From Microthyrium microscopicum (Eukaryota): a stretch of DNA of 64,000 nt. A model generated the notes under the pieces. The model did no database searches and had not been told where the DNA came from. It saw only the letters and a program-made list of their open reading frames with translations. The DNA lies in contig MU004239.1 of the NCBI GenBank assembly GCA_010405405.1, forward strand, positions 310,001 to 374,000. Direction: 5' to 3'. Position numbers and translations under genes: made by a program. Shown here one piece after another: positions 37,755 through 49,910 of this stretch (positions are counted from its first letter, which is position 1; each line of letters opens with the position of its first letter).

Positions 37755-38829
37755 ATGTCTCGGTCCTCTTCACCTTCCCGGTCAACCTCCCCCGAAATGA
37801 ATCATCCCGCCTGGCGCCATACAAATATCTACGACATGATTGCTGGTATGTTCTCTAATACTCCCCGGTTATCAGAACACTGATGTTTGAAAAGATCGTG
37901 TGACGCGCTACGGCTACCTTCCCACTAACGTGAACTCCTTCAGCGACACGGCAAATCCACTGAATACAGAAGCTCTCTTTTACCCAGACGAATTGTTGTG
38001 GCGGATGAAAAACCAAAAGTCAAACGATACAGGCACGGAACAGGAATATCAAGAAGCGGAAGACTCTTTCTATCGAGATTACGATGCTTACACAACTGAG
38101 CTCCTTCAGCATGTGGCTATTCCAGATGGAGATTTACTTGAAGCTTTACATACCTATGCATCGGATTTCTACGACACAAAGACAGATATGCATGGCATAT
38201 ACTTCCAACTCGACGGGTCTGCACTCATTGCTCTTGGAGTACTCGTGGAGGAGATGGCTCGGCAAGACCTGGGAGACGAAGGAGATCTGGCTTTAACGGA
38301 AGCAAGGGGAGAAGACAACAACATGTTTCCAACCTGGTGGAACGGGACGCGAGATGTTCCATATTACCTCGAGGTAGACGAGTACGAGTCGCCAGATACT
38401 TCGCCAGACGCGTCGTCAGCCGGGAACAGTAGCGACGACGATAACCGCGACAGTGGGAACGACAGCAGCGATGATCAAGTTCAAGATGATAGTGGTGAGA
38501 GCAGCGAGTACGACAGCAGCGGTAGTCGAGTTCGCGACAGTCAAGTCCAAGATGACAGCAGCGAGAGCAGTGGGGACGAGAGCAGCGATAGTCGAGTTCG
38601 CGATAGTCAAGTCCAAAATGGCAGCGGTGAGAGCAGCGGGGACGACAGCACCGGTAGTCGAGTTCCTGATAGTCAGATTCAAGATGACAGCGGTGATAGC
38701 AGCGAGAACGATGACGATGAAGATGACAACGAAAACGGCGAAGACAGTGCCGAGAGCAGCGAGTATCATGGCGATGACGATCATGACAAAGACAATGAAG
38801 ACAGCGATTATGACATGGATCAAGATTAG
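37755..38829 (+). CDS. Rrn10-like (RNA Pol I UAF subunit-like) protein with acidic repeat tail
   Basis: ATG 37755, intron 37846-37894. Motifs NIYDMIA.RV, IPDGDLLEALHTYASDFY, LDGSALIALGVLVEE resemble filamentous-fungal Rrn10-family proteins (recalled, not searched). Confidence 0.65.
38476..38712 (+). repeat. 66-bp coding tandem repeat, ~3.5 copies (QVQDDSGESS..DSSGSRVRDS)
   Basis: Units start at 38476, 38542, 38608 and 38674. Confidence 0.9.
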
Positions 38830-38832
38830 GCT

Positions 38833-40783
38833 TCACATGGCGCCTCCAAAAAAACGCCGCAGCCCAGCGTAGTCGCCCAGATGGGTAACCATAGCCACAT
38901 ACTGATCTGGTCTCACAACCACAATAGCGCCCTGATACTGGTCGATTCCCAAGTTGTCATATGCGTAACCATGCCCATTATTATAACTGTGGTCATCGAT
39001 GTAGACCTTCGACAGATCTAGTCATCTGTCAGCTTCGCATTTTCAAAGTCCAAGACGTCTTACCTCTCATATCGTGTTCTCCATTTATCGGAGTAAAAGT
39101 CTTTGGAATGTGGGCATTTTGGTCCTCCAAAGCGACGCGATCGCCACTCAAGACCAAAATGGGCTCGATGGTAGAATCAAAATAGTCGAATTCTTTCATG
39201 AAGGCAATGATTGGTGAGCCAGGAGAACGCAAAAAATGGTCAAGAGCTCTGAGTCTGGATGCGCAGATGGAGTTTGTTATATCGCCTGCAAACACCATCA
39301 ATCGCCACCGCCCGTCAGATGGCAGAGCGCGAGAAAGCTGCATAGCTCGAGCGTCGCAATACCTGACGACTTGCGCGCTCGGAAACCGCATTCCTACGGT
39401 GACATTTAGAGCCAGTGCTTGAGTGCTGCCCTTTGCATTCGTAATGACCGAATCGGGGTATGTTGTTGTTAGGCCGGCGGTGTATTTGAGAGACTTTATA
39501 AAATGATCAGAGTACTCGGAGGACGATTTGTTGGGATCTTGGCCTTCGTTTGCTACCAGTATGGTGGTTAATTCCCGATCAAAATCAATGAGATCTTTGG
39601 CGGTCTGGCCTCTCTCTTGGGTATACGTTTTCAGCAATGCAGCTCCTGCTTCACCTCTCAATACAGCTGCGAGCTTCCATCCTATGTTATAGCCGTCTTG
39701 GAGGCTCAGATTCATTCCTTGCCCTGTATTCGTCAGTCGAAGTACCAGCAGTAAAATATGAAACGGGCATCATTGAGTACTCCAGTTATCACACACTGCT
39801 GACCAGCCCCATCACCTTGCCACAGAATATAGCTTTACTAATATCGAGGATCGTTTGAAGGGCTCACCTGCTTTCGGGGAATGCGTGTGACACGCGTCAC
39901 CAGTTAGAAAGACGCGATCTGCTTTCGAAAAGTTCGACGCCAGCCGTTGACCAATTGAGTACGCCGAGTACCAGTGTGTATGAGCAAACTCAATAGGAAA
40001 CTGCGAGAATATCTGTTTAGCCTTCGCTTGAAGATCTTCCAGCTTAACGACTTGAGCATCCGTTCCTTTAGGCATCTCAATATAAAACCTCACCATCCGT
40101 CCTCCCTCCCTTGGAATAATGATGAGATTGCCTGCCGCCGATCTGATAGATGTCTTCTTACGAATATCCGGAAAGTCTGTCCTAGGGAAAATATCCATCA
40201 CGCCCCAGACGGCATCGGAAGTATCTCCGATCATATCATATCCCAATGCTTTTCGAACTGTACTATGCGCCCCATCACAGCCAAGAAGATACTTGGCCTT
40301 GTATATAACCTCCTTTCCTGATGCATCAATTGCTGTGGCAGTCACTGGCCTTGCATTCTGGTCCCACGACTCGACATCATAGTCAATTCGCACATCTTTT
40401 ACGGCCACACCATACTCAATAGGCTGTTTCATCTCCTTTATCAATATCTCATTCAGACGCGCCTGATTCAAGATCACATGCGGTTGCCATGAAATGCCCG
40501 GTGGTGTATCCGCTGTGCGCCGCACACGCTGAATACTGTCCTCTCCGCTCCAAAAGACAGTCTCGTTGACCCAGTATGCGTCTTTGGTGAGTTCGCCGTC
40601 CAGTCCAAAGCTTTCAAACACTTCCACTGTCCGGCACTGAACGCCATCTGCTTGGCCGGTGTTTAGTGGGCCGGTGCGCTTTTCTAGGATACGGAAGTCG
40701 ATTCCTAGACGAGAAAGCCATAGACCGGCGCAAAGGCCGGCTGAGCCAGAGCCGACGATTATGACGTCTGTTTGAGTCTCCAT
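38833..40783 (-). CDS. FAD-dependent phenol 2-monooxygenase (phenol hydroxylase family)
   Basis: GSGSAG Rossmann motif, GQADGVQCRTVE, GCDGAHS.VR, TDFPDIR, GDACHTHSPKAG|QGMN, NIGWKL, C-terminal thioredoxin-like VRPDQYV. Introns 39724-39867 and 39018-39063. Stop at 38833-38835. Confidence 0.93.
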
Positions 40784-41525
40784 AAGCGTTTGATCACCGA
40801 CTTGAAGTAATCAAATTATGTTTGTGGTATTCGTCTTGCACAATTGTAAGTGTGTGGCATATCCAAGATTATGTGTATTGAGTAGTACCTGAGTTGCTGC
40901 TTCCGGATCTGTATTTCAACCTCACTGGTATTGCTTGGATCGAAAAATCACAATTAAGTGAGGTCTACCAAGAAACCGTATGCTAAAGAATTGGATGATT
41001 TCTTTGCATTTACTGTTGGCCTGTAAGCAACCTGTGATGAATAATGTTATTGCCGGCTGGAATGCCGAGCTCGCCCCACTGACACTGTCAGACCTCTCAA
41101 GCACAGGAATAGCTCAACAGGTCTTAGTATTTGAACTATACCCGGTATAGCTTGTGAACATCAAGACGAAGGATTCTTCAAAGCTAAGATGGTATGCACG
41201 GTTGTTGTGTCCAGTACAGGTTTTGCCTCATGTGCAGAGTGAGACCGTTTGCTTATCACTAGAACTAAATGTCGCAACATTGTGGATCAGAAGTAATTTC
41301 ATGGAAAGTATAGCAAGATGCCATCAACGTCTTTGAGTTTGATTGTCTACTGTCTTGATTGAATAACCCGAAATGGATAAGTAGGTAGTCCTATGGAAGC
41401 ATTCTAGACTGATGCAAAATGAATGTAATCATGTCATCTTCAAACACACGCAGCGGGAAACTTGATGAGAGTCCAAAAAAATGACAAAGTTTCAGTCAAC
41501 TGTCCGATTACAGCGTCTCAAGTAA

Positions 41526-44500
41526 TTAGATCTCCTTGACGAAGCCAACTTCAACCAATTTGTCCACAGGAATTCTCATACTAGCAACCTTCGCACGAGT
41601 GTTGTCTCTTACCCACAAGAAAACAGAAAGAACTGCTCGTTTGAGAATGTTGTTATGCGCTTTGACAAGACGCATTTGCTCTTTGCCCACCATCTGATAA
41701 AATATGTCAGTTTGTTCTAGAAGAGAAATGCTATTCACTTACATAGATGGTTTGAGCTTCAAAGGCAGCTTCAAGGGAAGTAAGACGTCTCTCGACCCGT
41801 ACATCAGTCTTCTCTTCTAGGCCCTGCTGCTGTTGTGCAGAATTACCAGACGAATCTTCAGGGAACGAAATACTTGTGCTGACTGCCGCATCATTAGGCA
41901 CACACCGCATTGGCGTGCTCAATATGAATTGCTTCAATTTGGCATAAACCAAATCTCCCAGGCCTTCAGTCACCACTACATCATTATAGCCATGGCGCAC
42001 AATGATTCGATACGCATTCGGTAGCGAAGTGCGCATTATTTCAAACTTTTCATCTTCCTCCACATATGGTCGCGCGAGCGCTCGCATGTGTAAGAAGACC
42101 TGGATATCTGGCAGTGCTTCAAATTTGCGTAGAAACTCTTCGTATACGTTTGGGACGCCTTCGCCTGCTTTGTCGAAGAATATTGCGATTCCTTTGATTG
42201 TCGTGAGGGAGCGCCCACCAGGAAGAGTCCAACTACCGTCTTCTGCGCGAGTGACGAGAGCGCTGATATCTGCAGGACCACTGCGCTCAGCTTTCCATTG
42301 ATTTTCCTTGCCGTATCGCCAGAGCACGAATAGGCTGGAGAGCAAGAGTCCGAGGATTAGAGTGAACCATGCGCCGTCGGGGATTTTGGTGGCGGCAGCA
42401 CTGAGGTAAAGACCATCGAGAGTTGCGAAAGGAAGCCATAGGGCGAGTACAAGCGTCCAGTGAAGACGCCAGACAACAATGGCTACTATTGACACCATGT
42501 TTGTGGTGATAAATGAGACCAGGATAACACAGAAGCTGAACAATGCATGATCATCAGCCAAAAGATCTCCTCACACTTCGGATGTATAGATTTGATTTCG
42601 CGAAATGAGGAATCAGAACAATAGGAGGTTTCGGTGTCAACTTACCCGTAAGCATTACCCAAGCTCGTTGTGTTGTTGTATACCGCTGTGACGATTACAG
42701 TGCCAACCAACATCACCCAGTTTGCGATAGGTATGTACACCTGGCCTAAAATCTGTTAGTATAATCTTCAACCAGTCTTGAAAGTTTGCTGTGTGGAAAT
42801 AGCAATACTTACCATGAAACTTATCGCTGGTGTATATCTGAAAGCGTTAGCTACCAAATCGTTCGACTTTCTGCAGTCATTTTGATCAGATGTATAACTT
42901 CATGGACTGCTGAAATTCTAATATGATGAATTTTGACAGAAAAGTAATTCAGCAGACCATAGGGAAAATGGGTGGAGTGCTGGAACCTCACCATTGTTAT
43001 ATGGGGAAAATAACTAGAGTTCATGACTTGTGCCAGTAATTGAAAAGTCGAAGTTATTAGTGCCTGAGAGGCGACAACTGCAGCAAGTACAGCGATAACC
43101 AAGGAGGGATATAGGGTTCCTTTGGGTACAGTCTTGAAGAACGGATTGGAATACGCCGATGGATCCACTGAAATGTAGGCTGCTTGACCAATATATGCCA
43201 CCAAAAGACATGGATAAGCGATCGAAAGCCAGCTGATTCGAACGGCCTTTGCACTGAATGCTCCGATATCCGCAAACAGCGCTTCAACGCCTTGTGGAGT
43301 GTTAGTTGATACATCAGTTCAAGGACCAAGAATACTTACCAGTGAAAGCAAGAAGTATTCCACCCAAAGACTTCCAGCCTTCAGTGCCGTAGCGAACAAA
43401 GTACAGGCCAGCATAATATGGTGAAAAGGCTTTGAGAACGGAGTGATCGTACTTTGCAATATTCTGGTATTGTTAGTTCCTTCTCTCAGCTTTCTTCCTA
43501 TTGAGTATGTTCTTGACGTACGTAAATTCCAAAACCAAAATTGAATATGATCAACCAAATCATGACAATCGGAGCAAATGTGCTTGAAAGTTTCGTGATC
43601 CCAAGTGGTTGAATAGAGAAGAGCAAAACTAGAATCCCACATGAACTGCCGATGATTGTTGGTTTCGTAATGTTCTCATGCACGACTTCAAGACCTTGAA
43701 TAGCACCAAGGACAGATCTGGTTTAACGTATCGAGTTAGCATGTATCAGGACGGTGAATTCCATTTATCTGGCGCCACTTGGATGTGTTTGCGAGGGAAA
43801 ATACTCACTGCGCCGGTGTAAGAAGGCCGCTATCGTAACATGTCAGTATACAATCAAGATTTTCAGGGTTTTCATCGAGCAAACTTACTCGGCCATGATA
43901 AGACTAACGCCCAGAACAGCAGTCAGTTTGAGAATGAGATGTGCGGCGTTACTGTTCTCGAGGAAAGTGCGAATGCTCAAGTTCGTTTTGCGGAGATCCG
44001 TGCTCTTGTATCGCTCCATTCGAATAGTATTTACAGATTTAGGGTCTGATCGAATGATGTTGCACTGTTGTTCTCTTTTAGTCTTTAACTCACTAGACAA
44101 TGGTCTTGGTGATCTTACGTAGCGACTTAACAATTGATACATTGCAAAAGTTCCTAAGAGGTTTGTCAGTATAAAATAGCGAACAAGTCCAACTCTCCCT
44201 GAAAATGAGCATGTCTTTTCATGGCAACATCCAATAACACCCGATGGGAGCTATCGAGTGTCATGGGAGCCATCAGGGGCGTTGTTTATGGTCTGGCTTT
44301 CTTCGAAATTATCGATTAAGGGATTTACGAATAAGAAGATCTTACCTCCTTCGCCTGCATCGTCGGCCCAAAGAACAATGAGCACGTATTTGATCGTGAC
44401 AATCAAAGTAAGTGTCCAAATAATCAATGAAAGAGCACCCAAGATATCATCGTAACTTGGATTCGAAGAAAATGTCGACGAATAAACATAAAGCGGGCTG

Positions 44501-44846
44501 GTTCCAATGTCGCCTTCCGTAAATTAGCCACTGAGCATCCAATACCCACACGATTTCATACCATAGATGACACCGGTAGACTGATATGCTAGCCACCATA
44601 GCTGCCAGCCACTGAAGACCTGTTTTGATGATCAGAATGCAATACTTCGTGTAACACTTATATGGTACTTACCTGTTTGCGCTTTATATCACTGTCACGA
44701 ACATCAGGAATATCATTATCGGCCACGGATTCCACATCAGGATCTATCATCTTACCATCTTTCGAGGTAGATGTGATTCCAAGAAGTGTAGAATCCGTGG
44801 TAGCCTTTGTTATAACTCTATTTCGTGCGCCATCCTTATCAGCCAT
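41526..44846 (-). CDS. HAK1: HAK/KUP/KT high-affinity potassium transporter
   Basis: Twelve introns assembled. Signature [71 protein letters not shown]. Confidence 0.93.
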
Positions 44847-47800
44847 GCCTTGCGGACTAGGTGATAATCAAAGGAGTATGGGAAGTGAATTCAGAGGAAT
44901 TATAGTTATGATAGAATGGATTGCTATTAGTCTATTGGAAGCGCTGAGGACTGTGGTCCGATTGATATACATTCCTTAGACCCCGCAAACAAACGCCAGA
45001 AGCATAGCCTCAACAAGGCATCATGGGTCAAAACAAGAATTCCGGTATACTGATAGTAGAAGCAGGTTAAGTGGAGTTGTAGTTGCTCGAATAAGTCTAG
45101 AACGCTGGCATGGTATTGGACAATAAATCCCTCACGATGGTCGCCGGCTTGTGGAATTGGAGCTATCTGATAACTCCAACTTACAGAGTCTAACTCAATT
45201 AGCAGTGGCTATAGCCAGAAAAGGTTAAGATGTTCGAATCATGACTTCTCGCCCTGCGCAGGAAGCATTGCTTCGATGTTCAGGGGAGCCACCAAGATGG
45301 GGGATAAATGCCGCATGAACCAGGAAAGCTCACATCCCGGAGCTTGGAAAGTAATGTGCGATGAGTGGTTACCAGACGGTCGGTAATGTACATCAAGCTA
45401 GAATTAGATTCGGATCTGTGGATAAGATAATAATGTTCCTGGTTTGAGAGTGTCAGATGCTGTGCAACACCATCAGACCTCTGCAGCAACCTATAAACTC
45501 TAACAAATGTTGTAATTAGACGGGTGTCGTTGGGAACCTAGAAATAGACTCAATGCAGGTCCTTTATTAAATTCAAACCTTTGATGAGATCCTCAGAGAA
45601 TTACTTCTAAAATTAAGCATTGACACACATTTATTATCGATGATTGAGAACACCAAATCAGAGTTATTCTTGGAGTCTAAAGATCCAAAATTGGCTTTCC
45701 TGCAAGTAGGAATAATTATGGCGTTAAGCTGTCCGACTTTCCTAGGCACCCACCTTTCACAACTTTGGCCAAGAAGAATCCTAAAATAGAAGATAATTTC
45801 CAAGTCCTTTGCCTAGAAAGATTTCAAAGTGCAGGTGCAAATCTAAAAGCGGAAAGAGAGTATTTTAATAGTAAGTTGCGCAACGTGAACTGTTGCGAAA
45901 TCAAATGTATTGCCTGAAAATACTGGTATGTAGCAAAAATAGCGCCGTGATTCATCCGGGAAAATTTGCCCACAGATCGGTCAAGATCCAAACGCCTATC
46001 CAATGATTCATAGCTCTTTGCAGATGTTTCCTCTATACATGATAATAGCCCAATTCTAATACATGGTCCTAGTGTTACAGTCGTAATTTCGATAGAAGGG
46101 TTTGAAGTGATGCGGGTCCATTGCTTGTGACTGTAATGTTGTTGACCGGTGATATCCAGGCAAGTCTGATTCACGCTCTGTAGGAAAAGGCGCCTCAGTA
46201 GGTAGAGAGCGGGAGCCTTGCGCGCTGTCAAGATGCAGCTTGCAATTTGGTGTTCCGTGGAAAGGATTGGCTGCACGCTCTATAGAAGGCGCCTCGTTGC
46301 CTAAAAACCCATAGGCTGTGGCAGTGTATAGTGATGACTCCAAAGTTTTCTATCCATCGCTAATTTATCCTCCAAAAAATGTCGAGATTGTAGGCGTGTG
46401 AGCTGGAAGATAATTTTTCTTCGAGATTTCGTCCTCAAGAGCAGATTTCTTGTTGTTGTTGCGGTAATATGTTGAGAGGGATGTAAGGCTAGGCTGGTGC
46501 ATGTGATTGGCTAGAGCTCTTTCGAGCCTCAGCCTGATGGTCGCCGTACGTGGATGTCTTGTTCTCAACTCTCATCAGAGGCTATGAACCTTAACAAATT
46601 AGCTGACCGTTTCAAGAAACATTGTGATCGGAAAGATGCTGTTTACCTCCATCTTTTGGCTGAACTGGATCGCTTTCGCCTGCCCGGGAAGGGGCAATGG
46701 CCCGAGTGCGGATTTCAAGGACGACAGACATGGCTTTGCTGGATTGCTAGACACTGACTATTGTTGGGTGTGTTGATCTAGTGTGCTGATATGTTGAGTG
46801 AAGTGTAAGTGAGAAAGAAAAGTGCGAAATAATTTGAGAAGTTAAATAGGCCTCAGACTACTAGCGTTAATTGGGGAGTGCTGCCTGCGTCAAAACAGAG
46901 CGCGGCCATCTTCTATATACCTATCTTGCTTGGTGGCTCAGTTACCATTGTGTGCTGAATAGCTGGCCTCCATCCGAGGAGGCCTCACCGATGCTTGGGG
47001 CGCGGTAAGTATCAACGTCAAAAACCCCACTATTACAATCGAATTTGGTCGCCTTCTTTTGTGTTTGAGCTTTCCAAGTCTCTCGGTGACACCAGCCAGG
47101 TTCGACGTGGTAGCATGGCATCGCTAATACTGGAACGTGTTAAGCCCGTTCAACAGTTGCAACGGATGATTCGCTGGAGCTAGAACTACCTTTCTTTTTT
47201 GGACGTTGTGTCATTCATAGCAAAAGCTTCGAGAAGAATTCTATAGGCTACTCAGAAAAAGCACGGGCAGTGCCTGCTCAAGTCGCGCTGTATCACATCC
47301 TCAATAATGATGTCCTAAAATGAGTAGAGTGGCATCACGGCTCCTTGCGCCGCAAGGTTTCTGCCCTGTTAGCCTCGCCGCAATATTCTTCCGCCAAGCA
47401 TGTCACAAGCACCCCTCATTGACTCCTTCAATTACGAGCTAGATAGTATGGCGCTGACCTATTGGTTGCTTAGCTTCCTCTGGCCATTTCGCAGTGGGAA
47501 GAGTCTCGAAAGTGAGGAGGCCGCTGTTGAAACTTAGAGGACTGCCCCTGTGGCTCAACTTCGTGCACTGCGCCGCAATGAGGCGTGCTGAAATTCTCTA
47601 GATCCGTTCCCGCACCGCTCTTCTGGTCAAAGAAGGCTCTTTGTGCCAGCTGCTGGAAGTCGGAAATGGTCGAGCGTTTCTTTCAACCCAACTATATCGA
47701 CAACGGGAACTTGTCTTAGGAGCAGGTGGCATGTCGAAAGTGTCAAGAAAGCTCCCCGACCGTTGGGGTCCCAATTGGGCAATTCTCGCGTAGATCATCA

Positions 47801-49910
47801 ACTCACAGAGTTGCATCCGTCTCACACTTGTTCTACCATCGTGAGGTTCAATCATCAAATTGCCTAGATTTGCCTATAACGTTTCATACTGTGATGTTGA
47901 CATTTGGTGGGCGTCGGCATTGGGGCGTGGGGGCAGCGAAAGGGGCAAAGCTTCGAGCCTCACCAGCGCTCTCTACTTTACGAGTACCGCCGCCGTACAG
48001 AGGTAGGCAGAACGAGGCGCTGCTCTTGATGGGACGATCAATGATTCGGTGAAAATGAGGCATCTCAATCCGTATCGAAACCAATGCCCTGCAATCAAGA
48101 ACCAGATATTCAATGCCTCGCAGGTAATGACTCCTACTCTGCAGGGTGCTTCAGCAGGCGTGACCAGTGACGACCTTTCTCTGTCTACCCAGCGACCCGG
48201 AATCTCGGTCTTCCTGCAACCAAAATGGTCTTAAGGTAGGTACCCTCCTGCGCGTTAACCGACGGATCTTCTACCGGTCCTTTGAGCCTAGTGCCCAGTC
48301 AATAGTCCGGAGCAAAAGAGTGCTTAGACGTTGTGTAACGTTGGGCAACGTCGGGCGCTGTTGCATAGTTGTACAACTCGCGTGGCCGGCAGGGCGCGAC
48401 ACATGGGCTAAGCTAAGACTCAATAACCGATGAATTGAAAGACATGTTCGTTGTTCGCGGTAGAAGCTCTACTCAAAAGTTGCGTGGCGTGTCTTTGACT
48501 TTTCTTGTTATGACTGAAAAGGTGCTCAGCCTAGCTCAAGTAGAAATGCAATGGCGCCAATGAGTATCTGTGACTCAAATCGATGAAAGATATGAGCATC
48601 GTTTTTCGATTACCAAGTATCAGACCACACCAATTCGACACCCTTTCTCTGACTGAGGCATTTGAAGCAGAACAAAGCCAATCCTGTGCCACGGGCGTGA
48701 AGTCTCTACATTGTCCAATGCTAGTGAACTGTTCCTGGCATTATTTGACGAAAGGCGAAGCTTCGGACCACTCTCAGGCGTGTATGAATATGACTATGTC
48801 TTGCATTGCATTGCATCACATCCAAGAGCTCTGACTTTGCATAGTGATCCAGTAAGCGCTACGCACATCGACTAAGCTGCTCAAGACGCGACTGATCTGG
48901 TTGGCGCCATTTTATCCACGCCATAAAGAATATCGTTACTCTCTTTCCTCCAGGATGCTAAGATAATCTAGAAGCATGGGGAGGGCCAGTGGTTTCCTTG
49001 TTAATGCTAAACATTCTATGCTCATCTTATTGCATCGATCTGGCTGTCAGCCTTGGGCTGAATCAACGCCTTCTTATCAATTGCAATGGTCCTGTATTTC
49101 TATGGGAATGTCCATGATTTGGAATAATCTTCAATGAAATTAGCTAGCTCTAAGAAACAGTAATGTCCTTTCATATGAATACAACAGAGGTTTGTCTGGC
49201 ATGTGACAGCATTAAGGATACCAGTGTATCCTAGACATTTGAAGTTATTGGCAAGGCAGCTTTGATTTGGTCATACCTAGTACTTGTACCTCAAAACTAA
49301 GCTCGCAACCTTCCGAAAAAGCTTTCCGAAGCGTGCTCCCAGATTCTTGGATCCGAGTGACGGTATCGATACGAGTGTGCAATGTTCCATCCTCGCAGCC
49401 GAAGACCCCATAAAGCATCTTTCTATCGAAAAGCCGATTTCCCCATCGAGGTCAGCTGGGGCGAAGATAAATCTAGACACTGTGGAGAGCGGTGCAACAC
49501 TGGATGCATAATTTTGGTAAACCGTAATTCGAACTACTGGTACTTCATTGCAACACAAGTGGCTTTAACCGACATTAATAGTGTAATCTCCACCACGACA
49601 ACTTCAATTTCTTTCAGAGCAAGCTATTTGACGTTGAATAGCTGGAAGCACGAGAGATAGCATCCAGGGCCGATATGAAGCTAAGGCAAGCAGGGGTCTT
49701 CCATTCGACCACTCACAGCTCATAGCAAATGCTTCTTGGGGAAATAGGAAGGACCGAGTGAAGGCTCCTTCCGAAAAGCCACGCGACCCCCAGATTCCCA
49801 CATGCGCTTTCGCTCTTCAGGATGAAAGCACTCCTAGCGCGTTCGATGGGATGTGTAACGCTTGCTGACGAAGTCCAAGGTTTTGTAGGCTGAGAGATCG
49901 GGAGATGTCT

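Noticed and set aside
38225..38872. Cys/His/Arg-rich and hydrophobic alternative-frame ORFs
   Set aside because: Shadow frames of the GAC/AGC-rich acidic repeat.
39724..39867. C/D snoRNA in the 144-nt phenol monooxygenase intron
   Set aside because: Box C matches are imperfect and the CTGA is simply the branch site.
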